Of a stretch of DNA of 32,000 bases, positions 7,513 to 18,467 are shown one piece after another. The stretch lies in the NCBI RefSeq assembly GCF_900232105.1, contig NZ_LT934425.1, forward strand, positions 2,040,001 to 2,072,000, given 5' to 3'. Both the position numbers and the translations under genes were made by a program. Position 1 is the first letter of the stretch; the number at the start of each line of letters is the position of its first letter. The notes beneath the pieces were generated by a model. It was not told the DNA's origin. It made no database searches and saw nothing but the letters and a program-made list of their open reading frames with translations. The stretch is from Candidatus Kuenenia stuttgartensis. GTDB taxonomy: Bacteria > Planctomycetota > Brocadiia > Brocadiales > Brocadiaceae.

Positions 7513-10500
7513 TTAGGGTTGTTTTTTAATTAGCCCTAAAGAACAAATAATTTGAGGTTCTTTGTATGTTTTTTCCTCTTCTTTTGTATTACATAATTTA
7601 TCTTCATCTCTCAGTGATACGACCAGGTTTGCCAGGTCTTCATCAGATATGCCCGCCTTTAACTGCCTGTTTAATGTTTCCCGTGCGAATTCTTTCAGCG
7701 GGAATTTATATATATCGTCTATAGCCCTTTTCATTGCATCATTTACAAACAGGGTACCTTTGTATTCCTCATAATGGCGGTTCAATCGCATATATGTTCT
7801 ATATCGGGCGCTTGATTTTTTGCCTAACTGGCCGCCAATGGTGCTCTCAACTTGTATGATATGCTCTATTCCTTTTTCCACCAGCTTGTGATGATTATCC
7901 AATTTAAATAATGGCGTTGTATCAGGATTGCATTCTGCCGCCCTTAGAATAACAAGTTGCGATTGTGTAATAATTTCACCCTTTCTGTCTACCCATATTA
8001 AAACATCATTGTCATCTGCCGTTCTTGTGTAAACAACAACCCCGTCATCTATTTTCTCATCTTCGTGTTTCAGTGATTTCGTGGCATAGATTACATGAGG
8101 CAAATCAGGGATTGTTTTTTTCAAGGTTGGGTCGGCATCGGTGGCATTTTTCCATATCTGATAAGCATAGGACGCCAAATCAACTTCTGTATCGTCTTCT
8201 TCATCGAGTATGCCCTGTTTTTCGTTATAAAAGTCGTGAATTCTAACCGGGTCACCGTCAAAAAATACCTCATCAGAACCAACCACCTCAGCGTTTTCCT
8301 TTATTCTCTTTCCAAGCCTGCCTCTTAATTTTATAATTTTTTCTATACCATCCTCAGGTAAAAATGAATAGCAGAGTATTTTGTCTGACTTCTGCCCGAT
8401 TCGGTCTACCCTTCCTGCCCTTTGAATAAGCCGGATTATAGCCCAGGGCAGATCATAATTGACGATGATATGTCCGTCCTGCAGGTTTTGACCTTCACTT
8501 AAGACATCGGTTGTTATTAAAACCCTTATCTCATCGCGGGCATTTGCGATTTCTTTTTTGTTATTGCTTACCGGGCTAAATCTATATGCAAACGTTGTAG
8601 GGTCTTCACTATCGCCCGTAACACATTCTATTTGATGTACGTTTCTCTTTTTCAATTCATCATGTAAGTAATATGCGGTATCTGAGAATTGTGTGAATAT
8701 CAAAAGTTTTCCTTTCGGATATTTATTTGCGCAAAGATCATATAATGCGTTTAATCGCCTGTCATCAGCGGGGTTCCAGTCCTTGCCTATCTTTAATATT
8801 TTTAGAATTTCTTTACTGTCATTGATTAATATATTTTTCAATGTATTTTCAAAGAAACCGCTTCTGATCCAGTCAAAACGGTTATGATAGTTGGTTTCAT
8901 ATAATGTATAAATCTTCTTAGCCTGTGCATAGTAACCCTCTTCATCAAGTAAAATCTTCATTGTGCCTTCGTTTGTGCCTGCATTATCGAAGTCAACATC
9001 ATCCAGAAATTCATCAAGCATATTTGCTTCCTGAGCGCCTATTGGGAGCAGCAGGTTGTTCTCTAATGCATAAACATAAATATAATTACGCAGAATATGG
9101 CGGCTTAATGATACCAGAAAAGAATAACCACTGCTTTCTAACCTTTTAAAGAGATTTGTCCTGCAAAAGCCCATGAGCCGCCTGCCTGCATGAGATAGAT
9201 TATCCTGTATAACTGTTTCTTCTTTTGTTGGTTTAAGGGTGGTCTTTTTATCAAGATAATTACCCAGTCCGTATCTCGGAAGATTTAGACTGTTAATGGT
9301 ATCTACAACTGTGTCAGAATATAATTTTGCATATTGGTCTTTCGGGTCGTTGTGGTTAAAATCGTATTCAACCTTTTTCGGTACCCTGTCGGGGAAATAG
9401 GAACGACTGCCGTCTGAAAACAGGAGATATTTCCTGCCGTTGACAGGGTCTGTTTCCGCATAATTCTGTTTAATAAAACTTCTTGGCCTTCTTACCATAT
9501 ATAACCGCATCAGTTCCCGCCAATCATCAGCGTAGGAGCTTTTTTCGAATGCGGGTAATGTTGTTGCAGAGTACTGATATTTAGCCATAAATTGAACCCT
9601 GCCGCCTATACTTTCGATAAACTTTTCGGGGCTGATACCTAAATCTTTATCTTCCTGAATAAAAAGGCGAAGTTGATTGGATAAATCAAGGTACGTTTTA
9701 TTATACGGTGTAGCAGAAATCATAATGACTTTGCTCTCGTTAATCTGGATGTATTCCTGAATAGCCCTGTATCGTTTGCCTTCCCTGTTTCTTAAATTAT
9801 GGCTCTCGTCAATGATGATTAATCGGTATCTTCTTAGTTTTGGCAGAACAGACTGGACTTGTGTAATGGGCAAGACCTTTGCCCGTAATTGGTATGTATG
9901 CGCGTAATCCTCCCACATGTTTGTCAGGTTTTTCGGGCAGATTATAAGCGTTTCGAGGAAAAAGTCTTCTTCGAATATCTTTGCCAAAGCCGTTGCTGTA
10001 AGGGTTTTCCCAAACCCAACAACATCGCCAATTAAAACGCCGTCTCTTTTGTTCAGGTAATGCGCGGCGATTGAAACAGCCTTTTGCTGGAAGCTATGTA
10101 ATTTCTCTTGAAGTATCTTTGGGATTTTAAATTCTGTTAACCCCGCACGCGCCTCACGGGATAAGTGGTAGGCAATTTTTAGATAGATGTGAAAAGGCGA
10201 AACCAATCTGTCAGCAGCCCAGCTATTATCAATTATCTCTGCTAATTCTCCGGATATATCTATGCACCATCTGTCATTCCATCTGTCTTCAAACCATTTT
10301 GTCAGCTTTAATGCTGCATCTTGTTCCAAAACGTCAACATTTAATTCACCCTGATGAAGCAGTCCGGCAAGGGTTAAATTGCTGCTGCCCAGGTAACCGA
10401 TAATGGGACTTATTTTGTCGTCTCTGAATAATAGGTATAATTTGGCGTGTAATGTGTGTCTTAGAAAAAGTTTAACAAGTACCTTTTTGTCTTTTATCTG

Positions 10501-10860
10501 TTGAGATAACCTTCTTAAACCAATCTCGTCTTCATCTGTGGGAATGCCAATGGTTAATTGATCTTTAAATTCCTGCGCTAATTTCTTCCTTATGGTGGAT
10601 GCCGTCTGATTGTCAATAATAGCATGTTCAGCTTTACAGAAATACTCCCGTATGATTTCAAGCGGAGGTTTTTGCATCCCTATGAGCAACCTGCAACAAT
10701 TCCCCTCATCCCCTTTTAAATTGTCTATATGAACTGCAACCTGTTTCCACCCTCTTAAATTGAAATAACCAACACAAAAGTCGCCCCTGTAAGACACCTC
10801 CAGGGTATTGTTTAATCCCTGAACTAAATGGTTTTCGATGTTATCAAATATTTTTGGCAA
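7513..10860 (-). CDS. SNF2-family helicase with N-terminal phospholipase D-like nuclease domain
   Basis: PLD-like HAKLYLLF...GYLGSSNLTLAGLLHQGELNV; SNF2 motifs GDVVGFGKT, LIICPKNL, IIIDESHNLRN, ISATPYN, GRVDRIGQ. Confidence 0.9.
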   Translation of the reverse strand: MPKIFDNIENHLVQGLNNTLEVSYRGDFCVGYFNLRGWKQVAVHIDNLKGDEGNCCRLLIGMQKPPLEIIREYFCKAEHAIIDNQTASTIRKKLAQEFKDQLTIGIPTDEDEIGLRRLSQQIKDKKVLVKLFLRHTLHAKLYLLFRDDKISPIIGYLGSSNLTLAGLLHQGELNVDVLEQDAALKLTKWFEDRWNDRWCIDISGELAEIIDNSWAADRLVSPFHIYLKIAYHLSREARAGLTEFKIPKILQEKLHSFQQKAVSIAAHYLNKRDGVLIGDVVGFGKTLTATALAKIFEEDFFLETLIICPKNLTNMWEDYAHTYQLRAKVLPITQVQSVLPKLRRYRLIIIDESHNLRNREGKRYRAIQEYIQINESKVIMISATPYNKTYLDLSNQLRLFIQEDKDLGISPEKFIESIGGRVQFMAKYQYSATTLPAFEKSSYADDWRELMRLYMVRRPRSFIKQNYAETDPVNGRKYLLFSDGSRSYFPDRVPKKVEYDFNHNDPKDQYAKLYSDTVVDTINSLNLPRYGLGNYLDKKTTLKPTKEETVIQDNLSHAGRRLMGFCRTNLFKRLESSGYSFLVSLSRHILRNYIYVYALENNLLLPIGAQEANMLDEFLDDVDFDNAGTNEGTMKILLDEEGYYAQAKKIYTLYETNYHNRFDWIRSGFFENTLKNILINDSKEILKILKIGKDWNPADDRRLNALYDLCANKYPKGKLLIFTQFSDTAYYLHDELKKRNVHQIECVTGDSEDPTTFAYRFSPVSNNKKEIANARDEIRVLITTDVLSEGQNLQDGHIIVNYDLPWAIIRLIQRAGRVDRIGQKSDKILCYSFLPEDGIEKIIKLRGRLGKRIKENAEVVGSDEVFFDGDPVRIHDFYNEKQGILDEEDDTEVDLASYAYQIWKNATDADPTLKKTIPDLPHVIYATKSLKHEDEKIDDGVVVYTRTADDNDVLIWVDRKGEIITQSQLVILRAAECNPDTTPLFKLDNHHKLVEKGIEHIIQVESTIGGQLGKKSSARYRTYMRLNRHYEEYKGTLFVNDAMKRAIDDIYKFPLKEFARETLNRQLKAGISDEDLANLVVSLRDEDKLCNTKEEEKTYKEPQIICSLGLIKKQP

Positions 10861-10971
10861 GGTATTTATATCCCGAATGACAATGAATGATAAAATGATA
10901 GGAAATTGCTTTTTCTCTGTGGGGGGGATATTAAAACAAAAATGATTAATAAAGCAAGTATTTTATTCTTT

Positions 10972-11121
10972 GTAAGAGTGTAGTTTTTTGAAAAATTCCA
11001 ATAATAGCGATGTTTGCCTAATAGTGTAGGAGCGAAGCATTTGCCGTAAATTGTCATAAATGCCTTCATACCCAAACGGGCAAATGCTTCGACCCTACTT
11101 TTTCAAAAACTAAAGTGTTAC
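10972..11121. repeat. Nested inverted-repeat element (outer GTAA..TTTAG-TTTTTTGAAAAA, inner GTAGG-GCGAAGCATTTGCC)
   Basis: Inner arms at 11026-11045 and ~11079-11098; outer arms GTAAGAGTGTAGTTTTTTGAAAAA and TTTTTCAAAAACTAAAGTGTTAC. Confidence 0.7.
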
Positions 11122-11372
11122 CAATATTCAATTCTACAGAAATAAGGATATGCGGGGTATTCCCGGCAAAGTAATTGAATGGGATGGTTTTACTGTAAAA
11201 ATCAAATACAATCATATATATTTAATTGACATTTTCAATTCCTGGAAAGTTCTCGAAAATCTACTAAAAAATATTGGATTAGAAAAACCACACCCAGGGC
11301 AATCCAGCTGGCCACAAAAAGCTTGGCGGCCAATTTATTCGTTATGCAAAACCTTTTTAATGTCGGGTCACA

Positions 11373-12248
11373 ATGAACGGACTGATTAAATTGCTCATCA
11401 AATCCCTATCCCTTACAGTAGTGTTGGTGTTTGTAGGAATTTCCCTATCACATGCTGCTGAGTTGCAGAAACTCACTAATGCCAAATTGATAAATAACCC
11501 GGCAAATGATGGCGATAGCTTCTTTGTGGAAGCTGATGGAAAACCTCTCCATATCAGGCTTTATTTTGTTGACTGTCCTGAAACTTCAGCCGGCTCTAAA
11601 AGCGATGCGCAGCGAGTAAGGGAACAAATGCGCTATTTCGGATTGCCTGGCGTAGAACGCACTATTCATTTTGGCAATGAAGCAAAAATTTTTGCAGAAA
11701 GTATCCTTGCGAAACCTTTTACTATTCATACAGCCTTTGCAAGTGCCTTGGGAAGGTCAGCCAAAGGCCGCATATATGGGTTCATCACTACATCCGATGG
11801 AGATGATTTTGCGAGTCTACTCGTTAAAAAGGGTTTTGCCCGCACTTATGGTATAGGCAGAGAAACACCCGATGGAGTATCACGTGCTGAAATGATTGAA
11901 AGACTTCGGGATCTTGAGATTTCGGCCATTTTGAAACGTGTTGGTATTTGGTCGGTTTGTGACCCGGATCAGATTGCTGAACTTCGTTCAAAGCAACGTA
12001 GTGAAGATCAGGAATTAAAGGAATTACAAGGCCAGGTTAAAAAAGCACTCTCCCCCCAAAGCTTGCTTGACCTAAACACTGCCAGTAAAGAAGAGCTTCA
12101 ATCTATCAAAGGAATCGGTCCTGTTCTTGCAGAAAGAATTATAGCCGGTCGCCCCTATAGAGCCGTAGATGATTTGCTAAAAGTGAAAGGAATTAGCACT
12201 AAAACACTTGAAAAGATTCGTCCTTATGTTGCGGCAGGTAAAGAGTAG
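11373..12248 (+). CDS. Exported staphylococcal-nuclease-like protein with C-terminal ComEA-type helix-hairpin-helix
   Basis: Signal-like N-terminus; NDGDSFFVEADGKPLHIRLYFVDCPE and HFGNEAKIFAESIL resemble SNase motifs; C-terminal LDLNTASKEELQSIKGIGPVLAERIIAGRPYRAVDDLLKVKGIS is HhH. Confidence 0.85.
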   Translation: MNGLIKLLIKSLSLTVVLVFVGISLSHAAELQKLTNAKLINNPANDGDSFFVEADGKPLHIRLYFVDCPETSAGSKSDAQRVREQMRYFGLPGVERTIHFGNEAKIFAESILAKPFTIHTAFASALGRSAKGRIYGFITTSDGDDFASLLVKKGFARTYGIGRETPDGVSRAEMIERLRDLEISAILKRVGIWSVCDPDQIAELRSKQRSEDQELKELQGQVKKALSPQSLLDLNTASKEELQSIKGIGPVLAERIIAGRPYRAVDDLLKVKGISTKTLEKIRPYVAAGKE

Positions 12249-12323
12249 AGGAAAAACAGTCCCCAGTCTTCAATCTGCCGACTGTATTAAAAATTTTGCC
12301 AAAAAATGCAAAGAAATTACTGA

Positions 12324-14429
12324 TTATGGTATCCATTCAACGGCATTTCCAACGGAAATGATGGTAGAAAAATCTTTTGACTGAGATCTTTTCCCCTCCT
12401 CATGAAATACTTGCCCCATATCATAGATTGAATTATCCAATTTAAAAGGAATGGCAAATCCTTTCTCATTAATATCGGCAACCACTATCTTACAAAGAGT
12501 TCCGAAGTCTCCAAATTCAAGGTTATAGCGGGGGTCTGTTTTGTCCGGGGATGATAGACGGTACCAGCCATCAGGATCTTTGCTTAATATCCAATTTTGG
12601 CAGAGTCCACCATCATAAGATGATGTAAGTATCACGTTATAAGGCTTCTCCAGCCCTATCCAAAAGCGAAATTCATTGATATACCTTGGTACATGTTCGC
12701 ACCATATAAATATTTCTGCCTGATTATATTTAATAACAGAAGGTGTGGAAAAGCGTATGATTCCTTCTATAGTCCTCCCAAAGATAGAAGAAGGTTCTAC
12801 TTCGTCATGCAATAAAGGTGTGCCGGTAATGCCACCGTAAGTAATTTCGTTTTTTACAATAAATTTTCCATCCTCCGGTTTTTTGGGAGTAATATATTTT
12901 ATTTTATATTGACCTTTTATATCTTTGATTGTTTGTTTAAATCTTTCTCGGAATACGGCTATATTTTCAGCATGAACATAAGTACCTCCGGTTTCCAGTG
13001 CGATATTTTTTAACACCTCCTCTTCGCTGCCTCTCCCTATTCCCAGTATATAGATGTGAACGTCCCTCTCTTTTGCCAGGGATATAACATTACCGGGAGT
13101 ATTAAAACTGCTATTGTCAAATCCGTCAGATAAGAATACGAGGGTTTTAAAAATATCTGGGTCTGGTTTTTCCGGGAATTGTTTTAATCCTTTTAGCACC
13201 GCATCCCAGCAACTCGAAAAATCCCGGTAAATCTTGCCGGAACTAAACTGGCTAACGGCTTCTATGGCGGCATTCTTATACGTCGTAAAATCTTGTAGAA
13301 TTGCAGGAGGTTCATCGGGTCTATGGAACTCAACCACACCTACCTGATGTGTATCATTAAGACTTTCTATTAAATCTTTAGCGCTTAGTGCCATCCGGGT
13401 AATATCCCCGTTCTTTTCATACATTGATGCTGAATAGTCCAGAACTATCATAACCTGTAATTGAAAATCGTCTTGTGTGTAAAGAAGTGCATGGCTCTCC
13501 AGATAATCAATCTCCGTTCCGTTTTCCCAAATCCTTATGTTTTTCCGGACAACTTTATTAGGGTCAAATAAAATAGCGTGATTGCTCTGGTCTCTTAATG
13601 AGAATATAAATTGTATCGTGTTGGGAATCTGATGGTCTGTTGTTTGATTTAATATCTTTATATTCCGAACAGGCTGTAGGATCTTTATGGGACGGACTTC
13701 ATCAAATAATGCCGGATTTCCGGCATCTTCTACCCGAATTGCATAATCATCCCCCTCCCGGATAAAATCATCAACTTTCCAGAGAAATGATCCTTTGGAA
13801 GTATCATCTTTCCTGAAATTATAATTGTCCGCAATGGTTCCAATTTTTTCTTCTTTTGAATAGAGAAAAATGTTTACACTTTCGCTTACGCCTGAAGTTG
13901 CCGTCCATTCTATTGACCTGTTATCACCTACGGATAATGAAGTGCTTGCTGCCGGAGATATAAGGGTTAATCTTTCTTCACTTTTTTGCACTAGTATTCG
14001 AACTTTAGCATCCCCTGCATTTGTGAAAATCCTTAATTCATCCATAGAACTACCATAGGACATCAAGTTTCTATCTATCTTTACGCTAATTTTTCCCGGG
14101 GTTTCCTTTATAGCGCCGGTTACAGGTTTAATGGTAAGCCAATGGGGGGTTTTTTTGTTCTCGATTTCAAAATTTAGATTTTTAACGTCCGGACGAAAAA
14201 AACCTTCAGCCTTTGCCGTATTTTTAATAGTAAATTCCATCTCTGTTTGTTTGTCTCCAAAATTCAAACTGATTGGAGAGATTTCAAGTATTGGCGGTGC
14301 ATCTCTGCGCAACAAAATAATCAGTATTGCAATAAATATTAAAGCAATGGTAATGTAAATAAATTTTTTTTTCTTCTTTGTCCTATATGGTTTTTTCTTT
14401 TCGCTATTATCTTTCGGTATATATGACAT
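12324..14429 (-). CDS. Membrane-anchored VWA-domain protein
   Basis: N-terminal TM helix; MIDAS-like VIVLDYSASM and FLSDGFDNSS; DVHIYILGIGRGSEEEVLKNIALETGGTYVHAEN. Confidence 0.85.
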   Translation of the reverse strand: MSYIPKDNSEKKKPYRTKKKKKFIYITIALIFIAILIILLRRDAPPILEISPISLNFGDKQTEMEFTIKNTAKAEGFFRPDVKNLNFEIENKKTPHWLTIKPVTGAIKETPGKISVKIDRNLMSYGSSMDELRIFTNAGDAKVRILVQKSEERLTLISPAASTSLSVGDNRSIEWTATSGVSESVNIFLYSKEEKIGTIADNYNFRKDDTSKGSFLWKVDDFIREGDDYAIRVEDAGNPALFDEVRPIKILQPVRNIKILNQTTDHQIPNTIQFIFSLRDQSNHAILFDPNKVVRKNIRIWENGTEIDYLESHALLYTQDDFQLQVMIVLDYSASMYEKNGDITRMALSAKDLIESLNDTHQVGVVEFHRPDEPPAILQDFTTYKNAAIEAVSQFSSGKIYRDFSSCWDAVLKGLKQFPEKPDPDIFKTLVFLSDGFDNSSFNTPGNVISLAKERDVHIYILGIGRGSEEEVLKNIALETGGTYVHAENIAVFRERFKQTIKDIKGQYKIKYITPKKPEDGKFIVKNEITYGGITGTPLLHDEVEPSSIFGRTIEGIIRFSTPSVIKYNQAEIFIWCEHVPRYINEFRFWIGLEKPYNVILTSSYDGGLCQNWILSKDPDGWYRLSSPDKTDPRYNLEFGDFGTLCKIVVADINEKGFAIPFKLDNSIYDMGQVFHEEGKRSQSKDFSTIISVGNAVEWIP

Positions 14430-15403
14430 TTTTTCAAAACTCCTTTTCTTGTATCAATTTTTTAAACAATTATTCAAAATTATTGAATCATTGTAACTAT
14501 TCAGCGTAAACATTACGGCTGCACCCCCGCTTGTTCTCAAACCCTGTGTTGAGCCTGCCGAATTATCAGTTTGGAAACACATTTATCTGGGAAACTCCGG
14601 TTTTTCATACGGGTTAAGGCTTGCAAGCCATGGTTTAACGTTTAGGAATTTCAAGGTTAGGACTGAAAGGCTGTTAGTGTATATAGCCAGGGGTGCAGTC
14701 CTGGTTATATGCTTTCTGCTCTTCAGGCCTGTTGTATTTCGGTTGCTTAATATATTACTAATGAATAGTTTCGAATTGTTTTATATTCAATATTAAGCTT
14801 GTGCCAAACAATATGGACAATAGCCACTCTCTATCAAATAATATTAAAAATATCATCTATCCCTCAATATACCTGTATAGGCTCTGTTGAAAAATCCATA
14901 GTTGCCAAAATTTTTAAAAAATTCTATTTAACCATACTAACAACTTATGGCACATGTTTTTTTTAAACTGCGGAAATTTCGACGTTATCAATTGAGTTCG
15001 CCATTGTAATTATTAATCATAAATTCTGCAATCGATTTTTAAGGAGCAATAATCCGCCATTTACAATGTCCCCGGCTGACAAAAAACAATGGAAAAAATC
15101 GGAATTACGCATTTCCATCATGGTTGCTGCTAAATCAACATCGATAAACTTCTCTTTAAGCCTGTGTTCTGAAGTTAGGTTGCTTTTGGCAGTAATTTTT
15201 TAGAGATAAAACAAATTTTGGGGTCAAGATAAAAAGAAGGCGAATCGGTGTTCAAAGAAACGGCATGATGAATTAGAGAGTGGCAATGCAGAATAGGCAA
15301 TAAAGGCTGTAAGGATATTGTTGTCTTATACTCCATGTTCCGGAAAAAAATTACTAAGTAAATCGTAAATCAAATGCTGTAAATGTTCACGTTGGGTTTC
15401 GAT

Positions 15404-16801
15404 CTAATTTGCCGGAGCATCTAATCCTAATGACACCACCCTTTCTTTTGGGGACTTCATCCGTCTGAAATAATCCTTCGCAAGAGAAGCAACTACAGGG
15501 GAAAGCACCGTAAGCGCTATAAGATTTGGCGCTGCCATAAGGCCGTTCATAGAATCACAGAAATTGATAATGGGGTCTATTTTCACAGTGGCGCCAAGGA
15601 GGATGAATCCAAGGTAGCTTATGCGGTACAGATGAACGGCCTTCTTTCCAAAAAGGTAGTCTGCTGCACGGTCGCCATAATACGACCACGAAATCAGGGT
15701 GGAAAACGCAAAGAATATGATGCTTGCGGCGACAAACTTCGCGCCTATATTGTTGCCAATGCCCATCGAAAACGCCATGCCGGTTAATTCACCTTTTACA
15801 TGACATACCTCATGGGCGCCTGTTACAATGATAACGAGTGCCGTCATGGAACAAATACAAATAGTATCAATAAACGGGCCAAGCATGGCGACAAGCCCCT
15901 CCCGGATAGGTTCCTTTGTCCTTGCCGCCCCGTGCGCAATCGCGGCGGAACCAAGTCCCGCTTCGTTAGAAAAAAGCCCCCTGGAAACTCCGGAGCGAAT
16001 CACACTTCCAAGTATACCTCCCGCTATCGACTCAGGGGCGTGGAAGGCATAATAAAATATCGTATACAATCCGGAGGGAACTGCTGAATAATGTATGCCT
16101 AAAATAATAATCCCGCCGATAACGTAAAAGATACACATAAATGGAACAATCTTTGAGGCCACACGTCCCACACTTTTAATACCGCCGATAATTACAAGAC
16201 CCACCAGTATCGCAATAATAAACCCCACAATGATATTAAACAATAGGTTTGGCTCGCTGCTGCCACGAATAAGTTCGTTCAGGCTTACCACAACATTATT
16301 GATCTGAAACATATTTCCGCTGCCAAAACTTGCCATAATCGCAAAGAAGGCAAATAACACCGCAAGCCATTTGAATTTTGCTCCCATGCCAATCTCAATA
16401 AAATGCATGGGTCCCCCATGCGCCTCTCCGTTTTCATCAATACGCCTGAAATGCACGGCAAGCGAACAGGAGGTAAACTTTGTCGCCATGCCGACAAGTG
16501 CGGTAATCCACATCCAGAATACGGCGCCAGGCCCTCCCATCAATATTGCTGCAGCTACTCCGACAATGTTCCCGGTGCCAATGGTCGCGGAAAGGGCTGT
16601 GGCAAGCGCCTGAAAGTGGGTAATTTCCCCCGGATCCCGCACATCATCATAGTTACCCTGAAGCACTTTTATTCCGTGAGTGAACCCCCTGAGCTGAACA
16701 AACAATAACCGAAACGTTAAATACAGTCCTGTCCCCACTAGGAGCGCCATAAGAGGTAAGCCCCATACATAACCGTTAAACGTCTCAAGGCATTTTCCCA
16801 T
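15404..16801 (-). CDS. Sodium:alanine/glycine symporter, AGCS family
   Basis: Polytopic; QALATALSATIGTGNIVGVAAAILMGGPGAVFWMW and NEAGLGSAAIAHGAARTKEP family signatures. Confidence 0.93.
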   Translation of the reverse strand: MGKCLETFNGYVWGLPLMALLVGTGLYLTFRLLFVQLRGFTHGIKVLQGNYDDVRDPGEITHFQALATALSATIGTGNIVGVAAAILMGGPGAVFWMWITALVGMATKFTSCSLAVHFRRIDENGEAHGGPMHFIEIGMGAKFKWLAVLFAFFAIMASFGSGNMFQINNVVVSLNELIRGSSEPNLLFNIIVGFIIAILVGLVIIGGIKSVGRVASKIVPFMCIFYVIGGIIILGIHYSAVPSGLYTIFYYAFHAPESIAGGILGSVIRSGVSRGLFSNEAGLGSAAIAHGAARTKEPIREGLVAMLGPFIDTICICSMTALVIIVTGAHEVCHVKGELTGMAFSMGIGNNIGAKFVAASIIFFAFSTLISWSYYGDRAADYLFGKKAVHLYRISYLGFILLGATVKIDPIINFCDSMNGLMAAPNLIALTVLSPVVASLAKDYFRRMKSPKERVVSLGLDAPAN

Positions 16802-17014
16802 TGTTCACTCCTCATCCTAAGCTGGCATAGCCAGCACCAAAATAAGCAAAAAATATGAAATACGAAACAAATTCCAAAATCCTTCCCCCTTATCGCCTCC
16901 AAAGGGAGACAATGTCCCACGCTGGCTGGGGTGCAGAGGGTGGATTCGTATTTTCGGATTTCACCATTAAAAATTTTGCAAAAAAATGCAAAGAAATTAC
17001 TGAAGCACAGGGTT

Positions 17015-17070
17015 AGCGCGTGTACAACATTTTACGTCCTTATCTTCTATGCAGGCAAATGCTTCGCCCC
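17015..17070. repeat. Half-copy of the 7398-7508 element
   Basis: gcgcgtgtac..tttacgtccttatcttctatgcaggcaaatgcttcgccc matches 7454-7505. Confidence 0.7.
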
Positions 17071-17304
17071 CCCCTGCCTGGATGTTTTCATTGTGTTTTT
17101 AAAAGGAATATGGTAAAAGTCCCTAATTATTAGTTATTTTATTATAATTTGCAAAAATAACTAAAAAAAATTTGCGTATGCGTATGAATCGGGTCAATGC
17201 CTCATCCCCTGAAACCAGGCTGACTATAAATAATTTCTGTTTACGCGTTCGTTTTTATAAAAGCAATGCGTAATCGCCTCAACCCTTTCTAAACACAATA
17301 AACC

Positions 17305-18189
17305 ATGAAGATAGAATGGATTAAACGTATAACTCCTTGCCTGCCAATAATTTTTATTTTTGGTTGCAGTGCTTTGCAAAAACAAAGCATTTATGATGAA
17401 ACGCGGTCACAGATGCTGGAAAAAAGAATGAATGATTTGTCCAAATCCGTCACCATTCTCGTTAAAGATGTAAACATGATACATAATGAAATAGAGATAC
17501 TCGCAAACAGCCAGGATGCTCTTATGCAAAAAATTAGCTCCGTGGAAGAGGGAGTTGCTTGCCTCAGCAAGAGCTTTCCAGACTCTTCAGACACAAGTGT
17601 CGGCGGTTCAGAACATAATCAAATTTCCGGAGGACGAAAGGAAGCAGATGTTAGTTACAATGATAACGCAGGGCACAGGCGCACATCTGCCCCTGACGGG
17701 AGTATCCATGACGAAACAATTCATGCCGTTGTCAGAAACATTGCCGCGGGTTTCTGGGACGCATTGTTAGAAAATAACCTTGACACCGCAAAGACTTTTG
17801 CAACCATGGCAAGCGGGAAAAATTTGACCATCAACAAAAATATAGATGACAGTAGCAACCATGTAACTTTTGGAGATATCGTTGCTGACAATGATAAGGC
17901 AACAATAGAAACCATGTTGAATACACAAAAGGATGGATCCCAAATAAGTATTCCACTGCAAACAATCCTTGTTAAAGAAAAAAATCAATGGAAAGTGGAT
18001 GCCGATCTTACCATGATGTCTGTTTTTGGAGGCGCTATGGGAGAAGTCATAGAAGGCATTGGAGAGGCAGTGAAAAATAGCGGTGAAGGTATGGGCAGGT
18101 CTCTTGCTGAAGGCATGTCAAAAGAATTAGAAGATATGGCAAACGGCAAAGAAAATATGGGGCAACAGGGCGCAACGCCGGCACCTTAG
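17305..18189 (+). CDS. Putative lipoprotein with coiled-coil-like N-terminal region
   Basis: Lipobox IFIFGCS; heptad-rich EKRMNDLSKSVTILVKDVNMIHNEIEIL; C-terminal region resembles an NTF2/lumazine-binding-like fold. Confidence 0.6.
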   Translation: MKIEWIKRITPCLPIIFIFGCSALQKQSIYDETRSQMLEKRMNDLSKSVTILVKDVNMIHNEIEILANSQDALMQKISSVEEGVACLSKSFPDSSDTSVGGSEHNQISGGRKEADVSYNDNAGHRRTSAPDGSIHDETIHAVVRNIAAGFWDALLENNLDTAKTFATMASGKNLTINKNIDDSSNHVTFGDIVADNDKATIETMLNTQKDGSQISIPLQTILVKEKNQWKVDADLTMMSVFGGAMGEVIEGIGEAVKNSGEGMGRSLAEGMSKELEDMANGKENMGQQGATPAP

Positions 18190-18277
18190 TCGGCAACAAC
18201 AGTCGGCAAATTGCAGATTGAGGATTGCAGACTGAAAACTGTTCTCATGCCTGCTTCTGGCGTGCCATCTTATAGGG

Positions 18278-18365
18278 GTAAGAGGCATTTGCCGGGAATA
18301 GTGTCGCGGGTTGCAGTATTTTACGAGGTTCCCTTGTCCATACCGGCAAATGCATTGTCCCTTAC
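18278..18365. repeat. Degenerate copy of the GCATTTGCC inverted-repeat element
   Basis: GTAAGAGGCATTTGCCGG ... CCGGCAAATGCATTGTCCCTTAC. Confidence 0.55.
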
Positions 18366-18467
18366 ACAGGTCTGTAAAACTTTGTTCTTATGGAGATATT
18401 TCAAAAAACGAAGTGGGTGTCACAATCCCGCTCTCCGTATTTCTTTTGCCTTTACAACCAGCCTACA

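Noticed and set aside
10866-11075. 69-aa minus-strand ORF
   Set aside because: Runs through the inverted-repeat element (MKAFMTIYGKCFAPTLL is translated repeat DNA).
11150-11389. 79-aa ORF upstream of the SNase-HhH gene
   Set aside because: C-terminal half looks like translated non-coding sequence; no domain and it overlaps the next start.
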